A stretch of DNA of 64,000 nucleotides from Patescibacteria group bacterium (GTDB lineage Bacteria; Patescibacteriota; Microgenomatia; UBA1406), in contig JBAYJK010000001.1 of the NCBI GenBank assembly GCA_041665145.1, positions 229,629 through 293,628 on the forward strand. The letters are read 5' to 3'. Each line of letters starts with the position of its first letter. The first letter of the stretch is position 1. This document shows positions 22,122 through 30,861 of this stretch, in pieces. The translations under genes and the position numbers were made by a program. The notes beneath the pieces are model-generated. The model saw only the letters and a list, made by a program, of their open reading frames with translations, searched no databases and was not told where the DNA came from.

Positions 22122-23230
22122 TAATCGGAATAGACGGAAACGAAGCAAATGTGTCTGAACGGGTGGGAGTGTCGTGGTACGTGTACCATGTACTTTATGA
22201 ACTAAAGTCTAAAGCTGAAAGTCTAAAGTCTGAAGGAAAGAAAGGGGAGTTGATTATAAAAGTATTCTTGAGAGAGAGGCCGAGGGAAGACTTGCCGGAA
22301 GAAAGCAGTAATTTTAAATACGAAATAGTAAGTGGAAAACTCTTGTGGAGCCAAATATTTCTGCCATTAAATCTGTTTCTGAAGCACCGTGACTTAAACG
22401 TCTTTTTGTCACCTGCGCATTACGCGCCCCGGTTTTGTCCGTGTCCGACAGTCGTTGTGATTCATGATGTGTCTTATTTTTACTATCCTGAAGAGTTTTT
22501 GAAAAAAGACTTGTATCAACTGGACAAGTGGACTGAATACAGTGTGAAAAATGCTTCACACATAATTGCAGTTTCGCAAACTACAAAATCTGATGTTGTC
22601 AAGAACTATGGAATTCCTGAAAATAAAGTTGCAGTGGTATACAACGGGTTTACGTTGGGCAATGCAAAAAAAAGTGTTAAACCGGAGGGTGTAAACGAAA
22701 AAGCAAAATATTTTCTTTATGTCGGGACACTTCAACCACGCAAAAACATTTCGTTAGTTATACTCGCATTCGAAAAGTTGTTACTGACAAATTCTGATTG
22801 TCATCTGTATATTGCCGGGAAAAAGGGGTGGTTATTTGACGAGCTGTTTGATCTCGTGGTGCGCCATCATCTGGATAAAAATGTTCACTTTCTTGGTTAC
22901 GTATCTGAGGAAGAAAAAACGTGGCTTCTGCAAAATACGGTTAGTCTTATCGCTCCTGGTTTGTACGAAGGCTTTGGAGTTCCTGTTTTGGAAGGTTTTG
23001 CAAGCAAAGTTCCGGTGATTGTGGCGCTGGCTGGAGCTCTTCCTGAAGTGGGTGAGAATGCCTGTTTATATTTTGATCCGTTATCAAGTGATAGCTTGAA
23101 AGATAAAATGGAAGAAGTAATACATAATCCACAGAAAGCAAAAGAGCTTATATCTCGCGGGCTTGAGCTGGTGAAAAAATATTCGTGGGTGAAAACCGCA
23201 AATCAAATACTTGAGGTTTTGAAAAAATAA
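22118..23230 (+). CDS. GT4-family glycosyltransferase
   Basis: ATG 22118 (MIIGIDGNEA) overlaps the upstream stop. QPRKNI and PGLYEGFGVPVLEGF motifs. Confidence 0.8.
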   Translation: MIIGIDGNEANVSERVGVSWYVYHVLYELKSKAESLKSEGKKGELIIKVFLRERPREDLPEESSNFKYEIVSGKLLWSQIFLPLNLFLKHRDLNVFLSPAHYAPRFCPCPTVVVIHDVSYFYYPEEFLKKDLYQLDKWTEYSVKNASHIIAVSQTTKSDVVKNYGIPENKVAVVYNGFTLGNAKKSVKPEGVNEKAKYFLYVGTLQPRKNISLVILAFEKLLLTNSDCHLYIAGKKGWLFDELFDLVVRHHLDKNVHFLGYVSEEEKTWLLQNTVSLIAPGLYEGFGVPVLEGFASKVPVIVALAGALPEVGENACLYFDPLSSDSLKDKMEEVIHNPQKAKELISRGLELVKKYSWVKTANQILEVLKK

Positions 23231-23231
23231 C

Positions 23232-23699
23232 CTACCGATACTCAAAAGGTTGCGAAGAAGGGCTTTGTGAAACTAAATCAATCAGGAAGTCGGCAGATCC
23301 CAATTTTAGAAACTCTTCTTTAGTTACCCATTTATATTCGGTATGTTCTTCACTAAGGGCCACAACGCCTGAAGCAGATTTTCCAATGTGGCCAATAAAA
23401 AGGTAGTATATTTTTTCCTCATTATTGTAATTTGTACGAACCTGGATCGGTCGAAGATCAGTCACGGCCAATCCCGTTTCTTCTTTAATTTCCCGAAGTA
23501 TGCCGTCCGTATGTTCTTCCGGATAAGTAATATTTCCCCCGGGAAGATCCCAGGTATTCGGTCTGTGCAGTTCTTCCGGACGTCTTTTAAGTATCAGGAA
23601 TTTGTTTTCAGTCGGGTGATAGAGAATTGCTTTCTGCAAAAACTTCATGTCATCCATAAACATAAAGTGAGCTTTTTTCGGGTCAGTGGGTGCAGGCAT
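23232..23699 (-). CDS. NUDIX hydrolase
   Basis: Nudix box LPGGNITYPEEHTDGILREIKEETGL. ATG at 23699 is preferred over the track TTG at 23717. Confidence 0.8.
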   Translation of the reverse strand: MPAPTDPKKAHFMFMDDMKFLQKAILYHPTENKFLILKRRPEELHRPNTWDLPGGNITYPEEHTDGILREIKEETGLAVTDLRPIQVRTNYNNEEKIYYLFIGHIGKSASGVVALSEEHTEYKWVTKEEFLKLGSADFLIDLVSQSPSSQPFEYR

Positions 23700-23799
23700 G
23701 TTATAATTATAATTCAAAATTTGAAATTTAAAATCAATTTAAAATTTTGAATTCCAAATTAAGATTTGACTTCGAATTTTAAATTTTAAATTTCAACTT

Positions 23800-24828
23800 A
23801 TGTTCTGGAAAGAATTAACAAAACCGATTATCGCCCAGGCACCTATGGATGGGGTTACGGACGCCGCGTTCAGGTTTATAACAGACACCTATGGGCACCC
23901 GTCCATTCTGTTTACGGAATTTACGACTGTAGAGGGAATTATGCATAATGCGGTAAAACCGCTTCGGGCATTTATCCATCACAAAACCGAAACTCCGACG
24001 GTAGCTCAGATATTCGGCGGTGACCAGGAAAAATTCTATAAAGTCGCGTTTGTAGCGGCAGAAATGGGATTTGATGGAGTAGACATCAATATGGGATGCC
24101 CATTCAAACATATCACGAAAGGTGGAGCGGGAGCAGGACTTATTCTCCAGCCGAAAATGGCCCAAAATATTGTCCGGTCTACTCAACAAGGGCTCAAAGA
24201 CTGGTCGGAAGGAAAGAAAATTGAAGATGCAGACTTACCTAAAGAGATTATTGAATACGTAAAAAACTATCAGAAAGTAAACAACTTGAAAGTAACCCGT
24301 TACCAGTTACCAGTATCGGTTAAGACAAGAGTAGGGTACGACAAATTGGTAACCACAGACTGGATAGGCGCGCTCCTTGAAACGGAACTTAATGCAATAA
24401 GTTTGCATGGACGGACGCTCAAACAAATGTATACGGGGGATGCAAATTGGGAAGAGATAGCAAAAGCTGCCGAGCTTGTTCATAAAACAGATACACTGAT
24501 TCTTGGCAACGGCGACGTAAAATCAAAAAAAGATGCGGAAATGAAGATAAAAGACTTTGGGGTGGATGGCGTACTTATCGGACGGGCATCATTCGGCAAC
24601 CCGTGGATATTTGCTGGAGTCGACGCATCGTGGCAAGAGCATTTAAAGGTCGCTTTAGAGCACTGCAGGAAATTTGACGAACTCCTACCCGATATGCCGT
24701 TTTTCCCGCTCAGGAAGCACCTGGCGTGGTACTGTAAGGGTTTTGACCACGCAGCCGAAGTGCGTGTTCGCCTGTTGCAGACAAACTCAACAGGAGAAGT
24801 AGAGAAGATATTGAGTGAATACATATAG
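23800..24828 (+). CDS. dus: tRNA-dihydrouridine synthase
   Basis: QAPMDGVTD start, GVDINMGCP and GNGDV motifs typical of the Dus family. Confidence 0.85.
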   Translation: MFWKELTKPIIAQAPMDGVTDAAFRFITDTYGHPSILFTEFTTVEGIMHNAVKPLRAFIHHKTETPTVAQIFGGDQEKFYKVAFVAAEMGFDGVDINMGCPFKHITKGGAGAGLILQPKMAQNIVRSTQQGLKDWSEGKKIEDADLPKEIIEYVKNYQKVNNLKVTRYQLPVSVKTRVGYDKLVTTDWIGALLETELNAISLHGRTLKQMYTGDANWEEIAKAAELVHKTDTLILGNGDVKSKKDAEMKIKDFGVDGVLIGRASFGNPWIFAGVDASWQEHLKVALEHCRKFDELLPDMPFFPLRKHLAWYCKGFDHAAEVRVRLLQTNSTGEVEKILSEYI

Positions 24829-24858
24829 TGCGGGTCGGGAATGGTACAATATTGTGTG

Positions 24859-25569
24859 ATGAGTCAGAGCCTTAATCAGCAAAATAAAAGCTTTTGGCAA
24901 AAGTATCAACCAGGGAAGATTCCTTCGTCATCCAATAACCCTCCGGATGAATTATTGAATTCTATTCACGGACCCATTTTGGATGTTGGCACAGGAGATG
25001 GGAATTTAGCGGAGGCGCTTGCTCGCAAAGGGCACGAAACGTATGGAATAGATATTGCAGAAAATATCATCACAGAAAACAAGAAACGGAAGACAAAAGT
25101 AAATTATTCTGTTCAAGACATAACAGAAAGAACAAATTTTCCGGACGGGTTTTTTGCACTGCTTATTTTCAGGTTCACTCTAACGAACATTCATAAAGAA
25201 TCATGGGATAAATTGGCGAAAGAAATATTCAGGATTCTTAAGCCCTCCGGGAAAGTATGGATACTTGAGCCATTGGTCTCGGAATCTTACAAGCAGCGGT
25301 ACCAGTTAGCGTCTAACTTTATAGATGATAGACATTGTGTGTATGTTTTTAGAGATAAAGATATGGCAGAAAAAATTAATACAAAAGAGGAACTTGCTCA
25401 AGCCATAGAAGAAAAGAAAGTCAGTCGAATTGTGAAACATTATACGGTGGAAGAGCTTCAATGTGTTTTTAAAGGATTAGTTTTTGAAAAGCAGAGGACT
25501 GTGGTGATTCCATCACCTTCAGGTTACCCTATAAATACATTTGAGGGAATTTTTTCTAAGCACATGTAG
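24859..25569 (+). CDS. Class I SAM-dependent methyltransferase
   Basis: ILDVGTGDGNLAEALARKGHETYGIDI SAM-binding motif. The start could also be 24841. Confidence 0.7.
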   Translation: MSQSLNQQNKSFWQKYQPGKIPSSSNNPPDELLNSIHGPILDVGTGDGNLAEALARKGHETYGIDIAENIITENKKRKTKVNYSVQDITERTNFPDGFFALLIFRFTLTNIHKESWDKLAKEIFRILKPSGKVWILEPLVSESYKQRYQLASNFIDDRHCVYVFRDKDMAEKINTKEELAQAIEEKKVSRIVKHYTVEELQCVFKGLVFEKQRTVVIPSPSGYPINTFEGIFSKHM

Positions 25570-25596
25570 TGGTTTATTGAGTCTGGTATAATTTCG

Positions 25597-26142
25597 ATGA
25601 TGCCTCAAAATAAATCCTGGAAGACTGTTTCCACAAAATATGTATATGAGAATAATTGGATTAAGGTGAGGCACGATGAGATAGTGACTCCCAAGGGTGT
25701 AAAGGGAATATATGGAGTAGTTGAAACCCGGCCGTTTGTTATGATCATTCCGAAAATCAAGGATAAGTTCTATTTGGTGAAATTGTACCGCTACGCGACC
25801 GGAAACCTCTCTTTGGAATTTCCTGCAGGGGGAATTGAGGAAGGTGAAGAGGTTGAATCAGCACTTGGCAGAGAACTGCAAGAAGAAGCTGGTTTGAAAT
25901 CAAACAACATTGAAAAGTTAGGCTTCCTCTATTCAGCAAACGGTTTTGCAACAGATGGCTTTTATGTGTATATCGCAGAAGCTTGTGAAGAAGTTGAACG
26001 AAAGCCAGAAGATCTTGAAGAGGGTATGACAGTGGAAAAACTCACTCTTGAAGAACTGAAACGCCAGATAAAGACAGGGATGATCACCGATGGTCCAACT
26101 GTTGCAGCATTTTGTTTGTATGAGTTAAACCATCAACATTAA
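25597..26142 (+). CDS. NUDIX hydrolase (ADP-ribose pyrophosphatase-like)
   Basis: Nudix box FPAGGIEEGEEVESALGRELQEEAGL. The N-terminal beta-domain layout resembles NudF-type enzymes. Confidence 0.8.
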   Translation: MMPQNKSWKTVSTKYVYENNWIKVRHDEIVTPKGVKGIYGVVETRPFVMIIPKIKDKFYLVKLYRYATGNLSLEFPAGGIEEGEEVESALGRELQEEAGLKSNNIEKLGFLYSANGFATDGFYVYIAEACEEVERKPEDLEEGMTVEKLTLEELKRQIKTGMITDGPTVAAFCLYELNHQH

Positions 26143-26690
26143 TGAAACCACGCATTGTTTTTATCCACGGAAATGGAACAGAACATTGGTCTTTTGGTTG
26201 GAGTAAGTGGCTGAAACAGGAGTTGGATAAGCTTGGTTTCGAAACTTTTTTTGAAACCTTTCCTGATTCTATAATTGCACGGGCAGAGTATTGGTTACCT
26301 TTTCTAAAAAATCATATTAAAGCTGGTGAAAATGATGTTATCGTCGGCTGGTCTTCCGGTGCTGTTGCAGCAATGCGGTTTGCTGAGACGAACAAGCTGA
26401 AGGGATCGGTGTTAATCGGACCATCTTACACAGATCTGGGAGACGAAATGGAAAAGCAGAGCGGCTACTACGATAAACCATGGGATTGGGAAAGTATTAA
26501 GAATAATCAAGACAAAATAGCTTTATTTTATGGAGATGATGATCCATATATTCCCCAAGAGCAGTTTGAATTTATAACTCAACATTTGAACCCGACGGTA
26601 TTTAAAATCCATGAAGGTAAACACTTTATTGAGTACACCGACTTTCAACGTTTGTTGGATTACATAAAGAAGTATTATTCACATTTATAA
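26142..26690 (+). CDS. Alpha/beta serine hydrolase (RBBP9/YdeN-like)
   Basis: IVFIHGNG and the nucleophile elbow VGWSSGA, with size about 180 aa. The start overlaps the upstream stop. Confidence 0.6.
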   Translation: MKPRIVFIHGNGTEHWSFGWSKWLKQELDKLGFETFFETFPDSIIARAEYWLPFLKNHIKAGENDVIVGWSSGAVAAMRFAETNKLKGSVLIGPSYTDLGDEMEKQSGYYDKPWDWESIKNNQDKIALFYGDDDPYIPQEQFEFITQHLNPTVFKIHEGKHFIEYTDFQRLLDYIKKYYSHL

Positions 26691-27190
26691 TGTCCACTAT
26701 AATTTCACACGACAGTGAAACGCCGGCGAAAGGACGGCAAGTGTTTACGGCGGCCGCATTCATTCATCATCTTTTTCCTGAAGGCGAGAAGTTGTTTCTA
26801 CCTCGTCGAGCAAAAACCAAGAAGTTCTTACCTGATGTTTTTGAGCTACCTGGTGGGCATATTGATTTTGGTGAAGAAATGATTGATGGGTTGATTCGAG
26901 AAGTTCAAGAAGAACTCCATATGAACATAAGAGTAGGTGACCCTTTTGGAGTGTTCACTTATTCAAATGAAATAAAAGGATCGCACTCAATTGAAGTTGT
27001 CTACTTTGCCCAGTTTATAGATTCTTTAGAGAAAATAAAACTAAACCCAGAAGATCATAGCGAATTTGTTTGGGTTGGAGAAAACGATCTCCACGAGATC
27101 ATAGCGGCGAATAAGAACGAAGACGATAAAGAAATTGCTGTTATAAAACAGGGGTTTCGATTGCTGTCTGGGAGTGCCTTAAATTTTTGA
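26690..27190 (+). CDS. NUDIX hydrolase
   Basis: Nudix box LPGGHIDFGEEMIDGLIREVQEELHM. Confidence 0.75.
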   Translation: MSTIISHDSETPAKGRQVFTAAAFIHHLFPEGEKLFLPRRAKTKKFLPDVFELPGGHIDFGEEMIDGLIREVQEELHMNIRVGDPFGVFTYSNEIKGSHSIEVVYFAQFIDSLEKIKLNPEDHSEFVWVGENDLHEIIAANKNEDDKEIAVIKQGFRLLSGSALNF

Positions 27191-27196
27191 TTAAAC

Positions 27197-27616
27197 ATGA
27201 AACTAGTTAGCGCGTGTTTGGTTGGAATTAACTGCAAATACGACGGGAAGTCCCGTATCTGCCCCAAGTTGGTTGAAATGGTTAAACGCGGTGAAGCAAT
27301 CCCAGTATGTCCGGAAATTCTCGGAGGTCTACCAACTCCTCGTATTCCCTCAGAGCAAAAAAACGACAGAGTAATAAATAAAAATGGGGAAGATGTTACT
27401 GAGCAGTTTAATAAAGGCGCCGAGGAAACATTAAACATTGCTCAGATGGTTGGTGCAACGGAAGCAATATTGAAAGCTCGGTCCCCTTCGTGCGGAGCAA
27501 ACAAAGTATATGATGGGACATTTACCCATACCATTGTTGATGGAGACGGCGTAACAGCAAAGCTGCTCAAAACACATGGAATAAAGGTCAAAACGGAAGA
27601 AGAGATTGGGGTTTAG
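27197..27616 (+). CDS. DUF523-family protein (YbbK-like)
   Basis: VSACLVGINCKYDG, PVCPEILGGLPTPR and SPSCG motifs characteristic of DUF523. Confidence 0.75.
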   Translation: MKLVSACLVGINCKYDGKSRICPKLVEMVKRGEAIPVCPEILGGLPTPRIPSEQKNDRVINKNGEDVTEQFNKGAEETLNIAQMVGATEAILKARSPSCGANKVYDGTFTHTIVDGDGVTAKLLKTHGIKVKTEEEIGV

Positions 27617-28995
27617 CTTTTATTTTCCTCCAGGTATGTCACCAGTTCTTCCCGCTCGTTTTTCAGTTTTCCGTTTACGACAAGTTCGAATATAGCATCC
27701 AGTATGTCCCCGATCTGCCTACTCGGTTTCAGTTTGCGGATTTTCATCACATCATATCCGTTAACTTTCAGATCCTTTACGGAGAACGGTTCCTTTTGAA
27801 CCTCCTCAATACGTCTCAAAAAAAGATCCAATCTCCACGATGTTGGTTTTGAACCGGAACCAATCCGGTCTGCTACGCGAAGATCAATCATGTCCTTCAA
27901 ATTTTCTTTCCCGACTTGTCGTATAAATCGTCGAATCGCGCTGTCTGTTTGTTCTTCACTTACCAAAAACTGATGATACCGTACCAGTGTTGATAACTTC
28001 ACAAGTTCCTTTTTAGAAAGATGGAGGCGCTCCCCGATTTCATATGCTATTTGCGTACCGGTAATTTCATGATTATAAAAGGTAACAACTCCATCGTCTT
28101 GCACTGCATGAGTTTTTGGTTTACCGATGTCATGAAGCAGGCAAGCAAGTCGCACAATAGGATCCGAATTCGTGCACGCTTCAAGTGTCTTTACCAAGTG
28201 AGTTCCTACGTCGTATATATGGTGGCGTTTCGGACTAACTTGAGAAACCGTAAAACAATCAAGAAGCTCGGGCAGAAATTCTTTTAGAAGACCGGTTTCT
28301 TTGAGAATCATAATTCCTTCACCGGGATGTGGGGAGACCAAAATCTTCAAGAATTCATCACGAATGCGTTCTTTGCTTATAAAGCGGAGCTTTTGTGCAT
28401 TGATTTTTACGGCTTCGAGTGTAGGTGTGTCGATCGTAAAACCTAATTCACTTGCCAGCCGTACCGCGCGCAGCATGCGCAATGCATCTTCACCGAAGCG
28501 CTCACTCGGATCCCGTACTGTTTTAATTAATTTTTTTTCAATATCATCTATTCCCTTGTATTCATCCACGAACGTTTTTCCATCATACGCCAGTGCATTG
28601 ATTGTAAAATCTCTTCGGCTTACGTCATCCGTAATGGTTTTTCCCCATAGAACAACATCCGGGTGCCGCTTATCGTTGTAGCCCTGCTCGGAACGGTATG
28701 TGGTAACCTCAAAAAAATCTTCTTGAGCAAAATCCGAGGTTTTTAATCCCAGTAATACATTCGTATCTTTCAGGGGAATAATGACGGTTCCGAAAGCATT
28801 TTCGTACCGCGATGACGGCAGAAGCTCAACAATCTGTTCAGGACGTGCATTGGTGGCAAAATCTAAGGAGTGATTCCCGTGTGTACGCTTAAGGAGCGTA
28901 TCCCGGATAAAACCGCCCACGACAAAACACTCAAACCCATGGTTATTGAAAAAATTGATTAGTTTTAACGCTTTATTAGGAAGTTGTATGTTCAT
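27613..28995 (-). CDS. cca: CCA-adding enzyme / poly(A) polymerase-family tRNA nucleotidyltransferase with HD domain
   Basis: VVGGFIRDTLL, DFAT and RRDFTINALAY head-domain motifs, with a C-terminal HD region (LLHDIGKP). Confidence 0.85.
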   Translation of the reverse strand: MNIQLPNKALKLINFFNNHGFECFVVGGFIRDTLLKRTHGNHSLDFATNARPEQIVELLPSSRYENAFGTVIIPLKDTNVLLGLKTSDFAQEDFFEVTTYRSEQGYNDKRHPDVVLWGKTITDDVSRRDFTINALAYDGKTFVDEYKGIDDIEKKLIKTVRDPSERFGEDALRMLRAVRLASELGFTIDTPTLEAVKINAQKLRFISKERIRDEFLKILVSPHPGEGIMILKETGLLKEFLPELLDCFTVSQVSPKRHHIYDVGTHLVKTLEACTNSDPIVRLACLLHDIGKPKTHAVQDDGVVTFYNHEITGTQIAYEIGERLHLSKKELVKLSTLVRYHQFLVSEEQTDSAIRRFIRQVGKENLKDMIDLRVADRIGSGSKPTSWRLDLFLRRIEEVQKEPFSVKDLKVNGYDVMKIRKLKPSRQIGDILDAIFELVVNGKLKNEREELVTYLEENKS

Positions 28996-29020
28996 AAAGA
29001 GACTTGTACAATGTGTAGGT

Positions 29021-30718
29021 ATGAAAATACAAACACAATCAACTTTAACTGATCGTATCCCAGTCCGAGATATTATAACACTCCTTTTGAAACAACGGGG
29101 TATTGATGATCAAAAAAAAGACAGCTTTTTTTCACCCCCGAACCCGAATGAAATGACGCTTAAAGATGTGGGCTTGTCTGAAACTGAGTTTAAAAAGGCC
29201 TTTAAACGACTAGAGTCGGCATATGCACGCAAGGAATCAATCGTTGTGTATACGGATTATGATGTTGATGGAATAACCGGAGGAACTATTATGTGGGAAA
29301 CGTTGCACGAGCTTGGGTTTAACGTTATGCCGTATATCCCGGACAGGAGAGCTGAAGGATATGGATTCTCTGAAAAGGGTGTGGAAAACATTATGCGGGA
29401 ATACAATCCGACGCTTGTTATCAGTGTCGATCACGGTATATCGGGAGAAAAATTCATTAATTTACTCAAACAAAAGAACGTGGATGTGATTGTATGCGAT
29501 CATCACGTTAAGCTTCTTGGTGATCCGGAAAGTGCACATGCTATTATGTATTCGAAACTCATTTGCGGAGCTGGCGTTTCGTATTTTTTTGCAAAGGAAA
29601 TTTTCTCAAAGTGGCTTGAAACTCACGAAGTCACCGAGAAACACAAAAATCTTTTGCTCGACAATTTTTCGCACGACTATATTGTATTGGCCGGTATTGG
29701 AACGATATCAGATATTATGCCGCTTCAGGGTCCATCGCGTTCACTCGCCTTGTTTGGTTTGTTGTACTTAAAGACAGTGAAAAGTATGGGGCTTAGAGAA
29801 CTTTTGAAAAATACCGGTCTTGCCTCCAAGGACTCATTTAGTTCGTATGACGTTGGTTTCGTGATAGGTCCTCGAATAAATGCTGCCGGTAGAATGGGAG
29901 ACGCGCTTGACGCGTTACGTTTACTCTGTACACGCAAAGTGGAAAAGGCGCAATCATTGGTTTCGGTTCTCAATTCGCATAATTCCAAACGGCAAACGAA
30001 AGTTGAAGAGTATTTAACATTGGCACACGAATTGCTTGGTGAGAATACGAAAGACCCCATACTCTTTGTGCACTCACCTGAATTTGAAGAGGGAACTGTC
30101 GGACTGGTTGCCTCAAAACTCATGGATGAATTTTATCGACCGGTGTTTGTTGCAACGGAAAGCAATGGACACCTCAAGGGGTCCGCACGTTCAATAAAAG
30201 GGGTTGATATCACCGATATATTCAAAGAATCATCTGTATGTTTGGAATCGTTCGGCGGACATGAGCGCGCAGGTGGGTTTTTGCTGGAGAAAAAGAATGT
30301 CGCTGCTTTTAAAAAAGCTCTCCAGTCATATGGAGAAAAGCATATTGCGGAGAATTTGCTTGAGCGGATTGTTGCCGTCGACCTCGCTACTCCCTTGTCG
30401 AACGTAACGCTCGGATTGGCCCGTGAGTTGAATAAATTTGAACCTTTTGGTGTGGCTAATGAACAACCGGTATTCTCGGCCGACAACGTTTTTCTGACAC
30501 AAGTACGAACGGTCGGTAAAACAGGAACGCATGTGCAGTGTTATGTGAAGGATGAACATATTGCACTGCCATTAAAAGCGGTTTTTTTTGGCGGAGCTAA
30601 AAAAATGGATATTTTGTTAAGCAATAAGCCGGTTACGGTTATTTTTTCGATAACCATAGACACATGGAAAGGCGAGCAAGTCGCGATACACATTAAAGAT
30701 GTATTTTCGGTTGCATGA
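29021..30718 (+). CDS. recJ: Single-stranded-DNA-specific exonuclease RecJ
   Basis: DHH motifs DYDVDGITG, VDHG and CDHH, with DHHA1 GGHERAGG. ATG 29021 is preferred; 28988 is an alternative. Confidence 0.85.
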   Translation: MKIQTQSTLTDRIPVRDIITLLLKQRGIDDQKKDSFFSPPNPNEMTLKDVGLSETEFKKAFKRLESAYARKESIVVYTDYDVDGITGGTIMWETLHELGFNVMPYIPDRRAEGYGFSEKGVENIMREYNPTLVISVDHGISGEKFINLLKQKNVDVIVCDHHVKLLGDPESAHAIMYSKLICGAGVSYFFAKEIFSKWLETHEVTEKHKNLLLDNFSHDYIVLAGIGTISDIMPLQGPSRSLALFGLLYLKTVKSMGLRELLKNTGLASKDSFSSYDVGFVIGPRINAAGRMGDALDALRLLCTRKVEKAQSLVSVLNSHNSKRQTKVEEYLTLAHELLGENTKDPILFVHSPEFEEGTVGLVASKLMDEFYRPVFVATESNGHLKGSARSIKGVDITDIFKESSVCLESFGGHERAGGFLLEKKNVAAFKKALQSYGEKHIAENLLERIVAVDLATPLSNVTLGLARELNKFEPFGVANEQPVFSADNVFLTQVRTVGKTGTHVQCYVKDEHIALPLKAVFFGGAKKMDILLSNKPVTVIFSITIDTWKGEQVAIHIKDVFSVA

Positions 30719-30823
30719 GTATATAAAATCAACTATACTTCATCGTTAGCACATGGACACTAAACGTTTTTGCCTTATTTACATTAAACAATGGATTTGT
30801 ACTAACCCCGTTTAGTACACATA

Positions 30824-30849
30824 CCCCGACAAAGTCGGGGCTTTTTTTT
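30824..30849 (+). terminator. Rho-independent terminator downstream of recJ
   Basis: CCCCGAC-AAA-GTCGGGG stem-loop followed by CTTTTTTTT. A second small hairpin GTACTAA-N6-TTAGTAC lies just upstream (30800-30819). Confidence 0.6.
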
Positions 30850-30861
30850 GGCTTAAAAATA

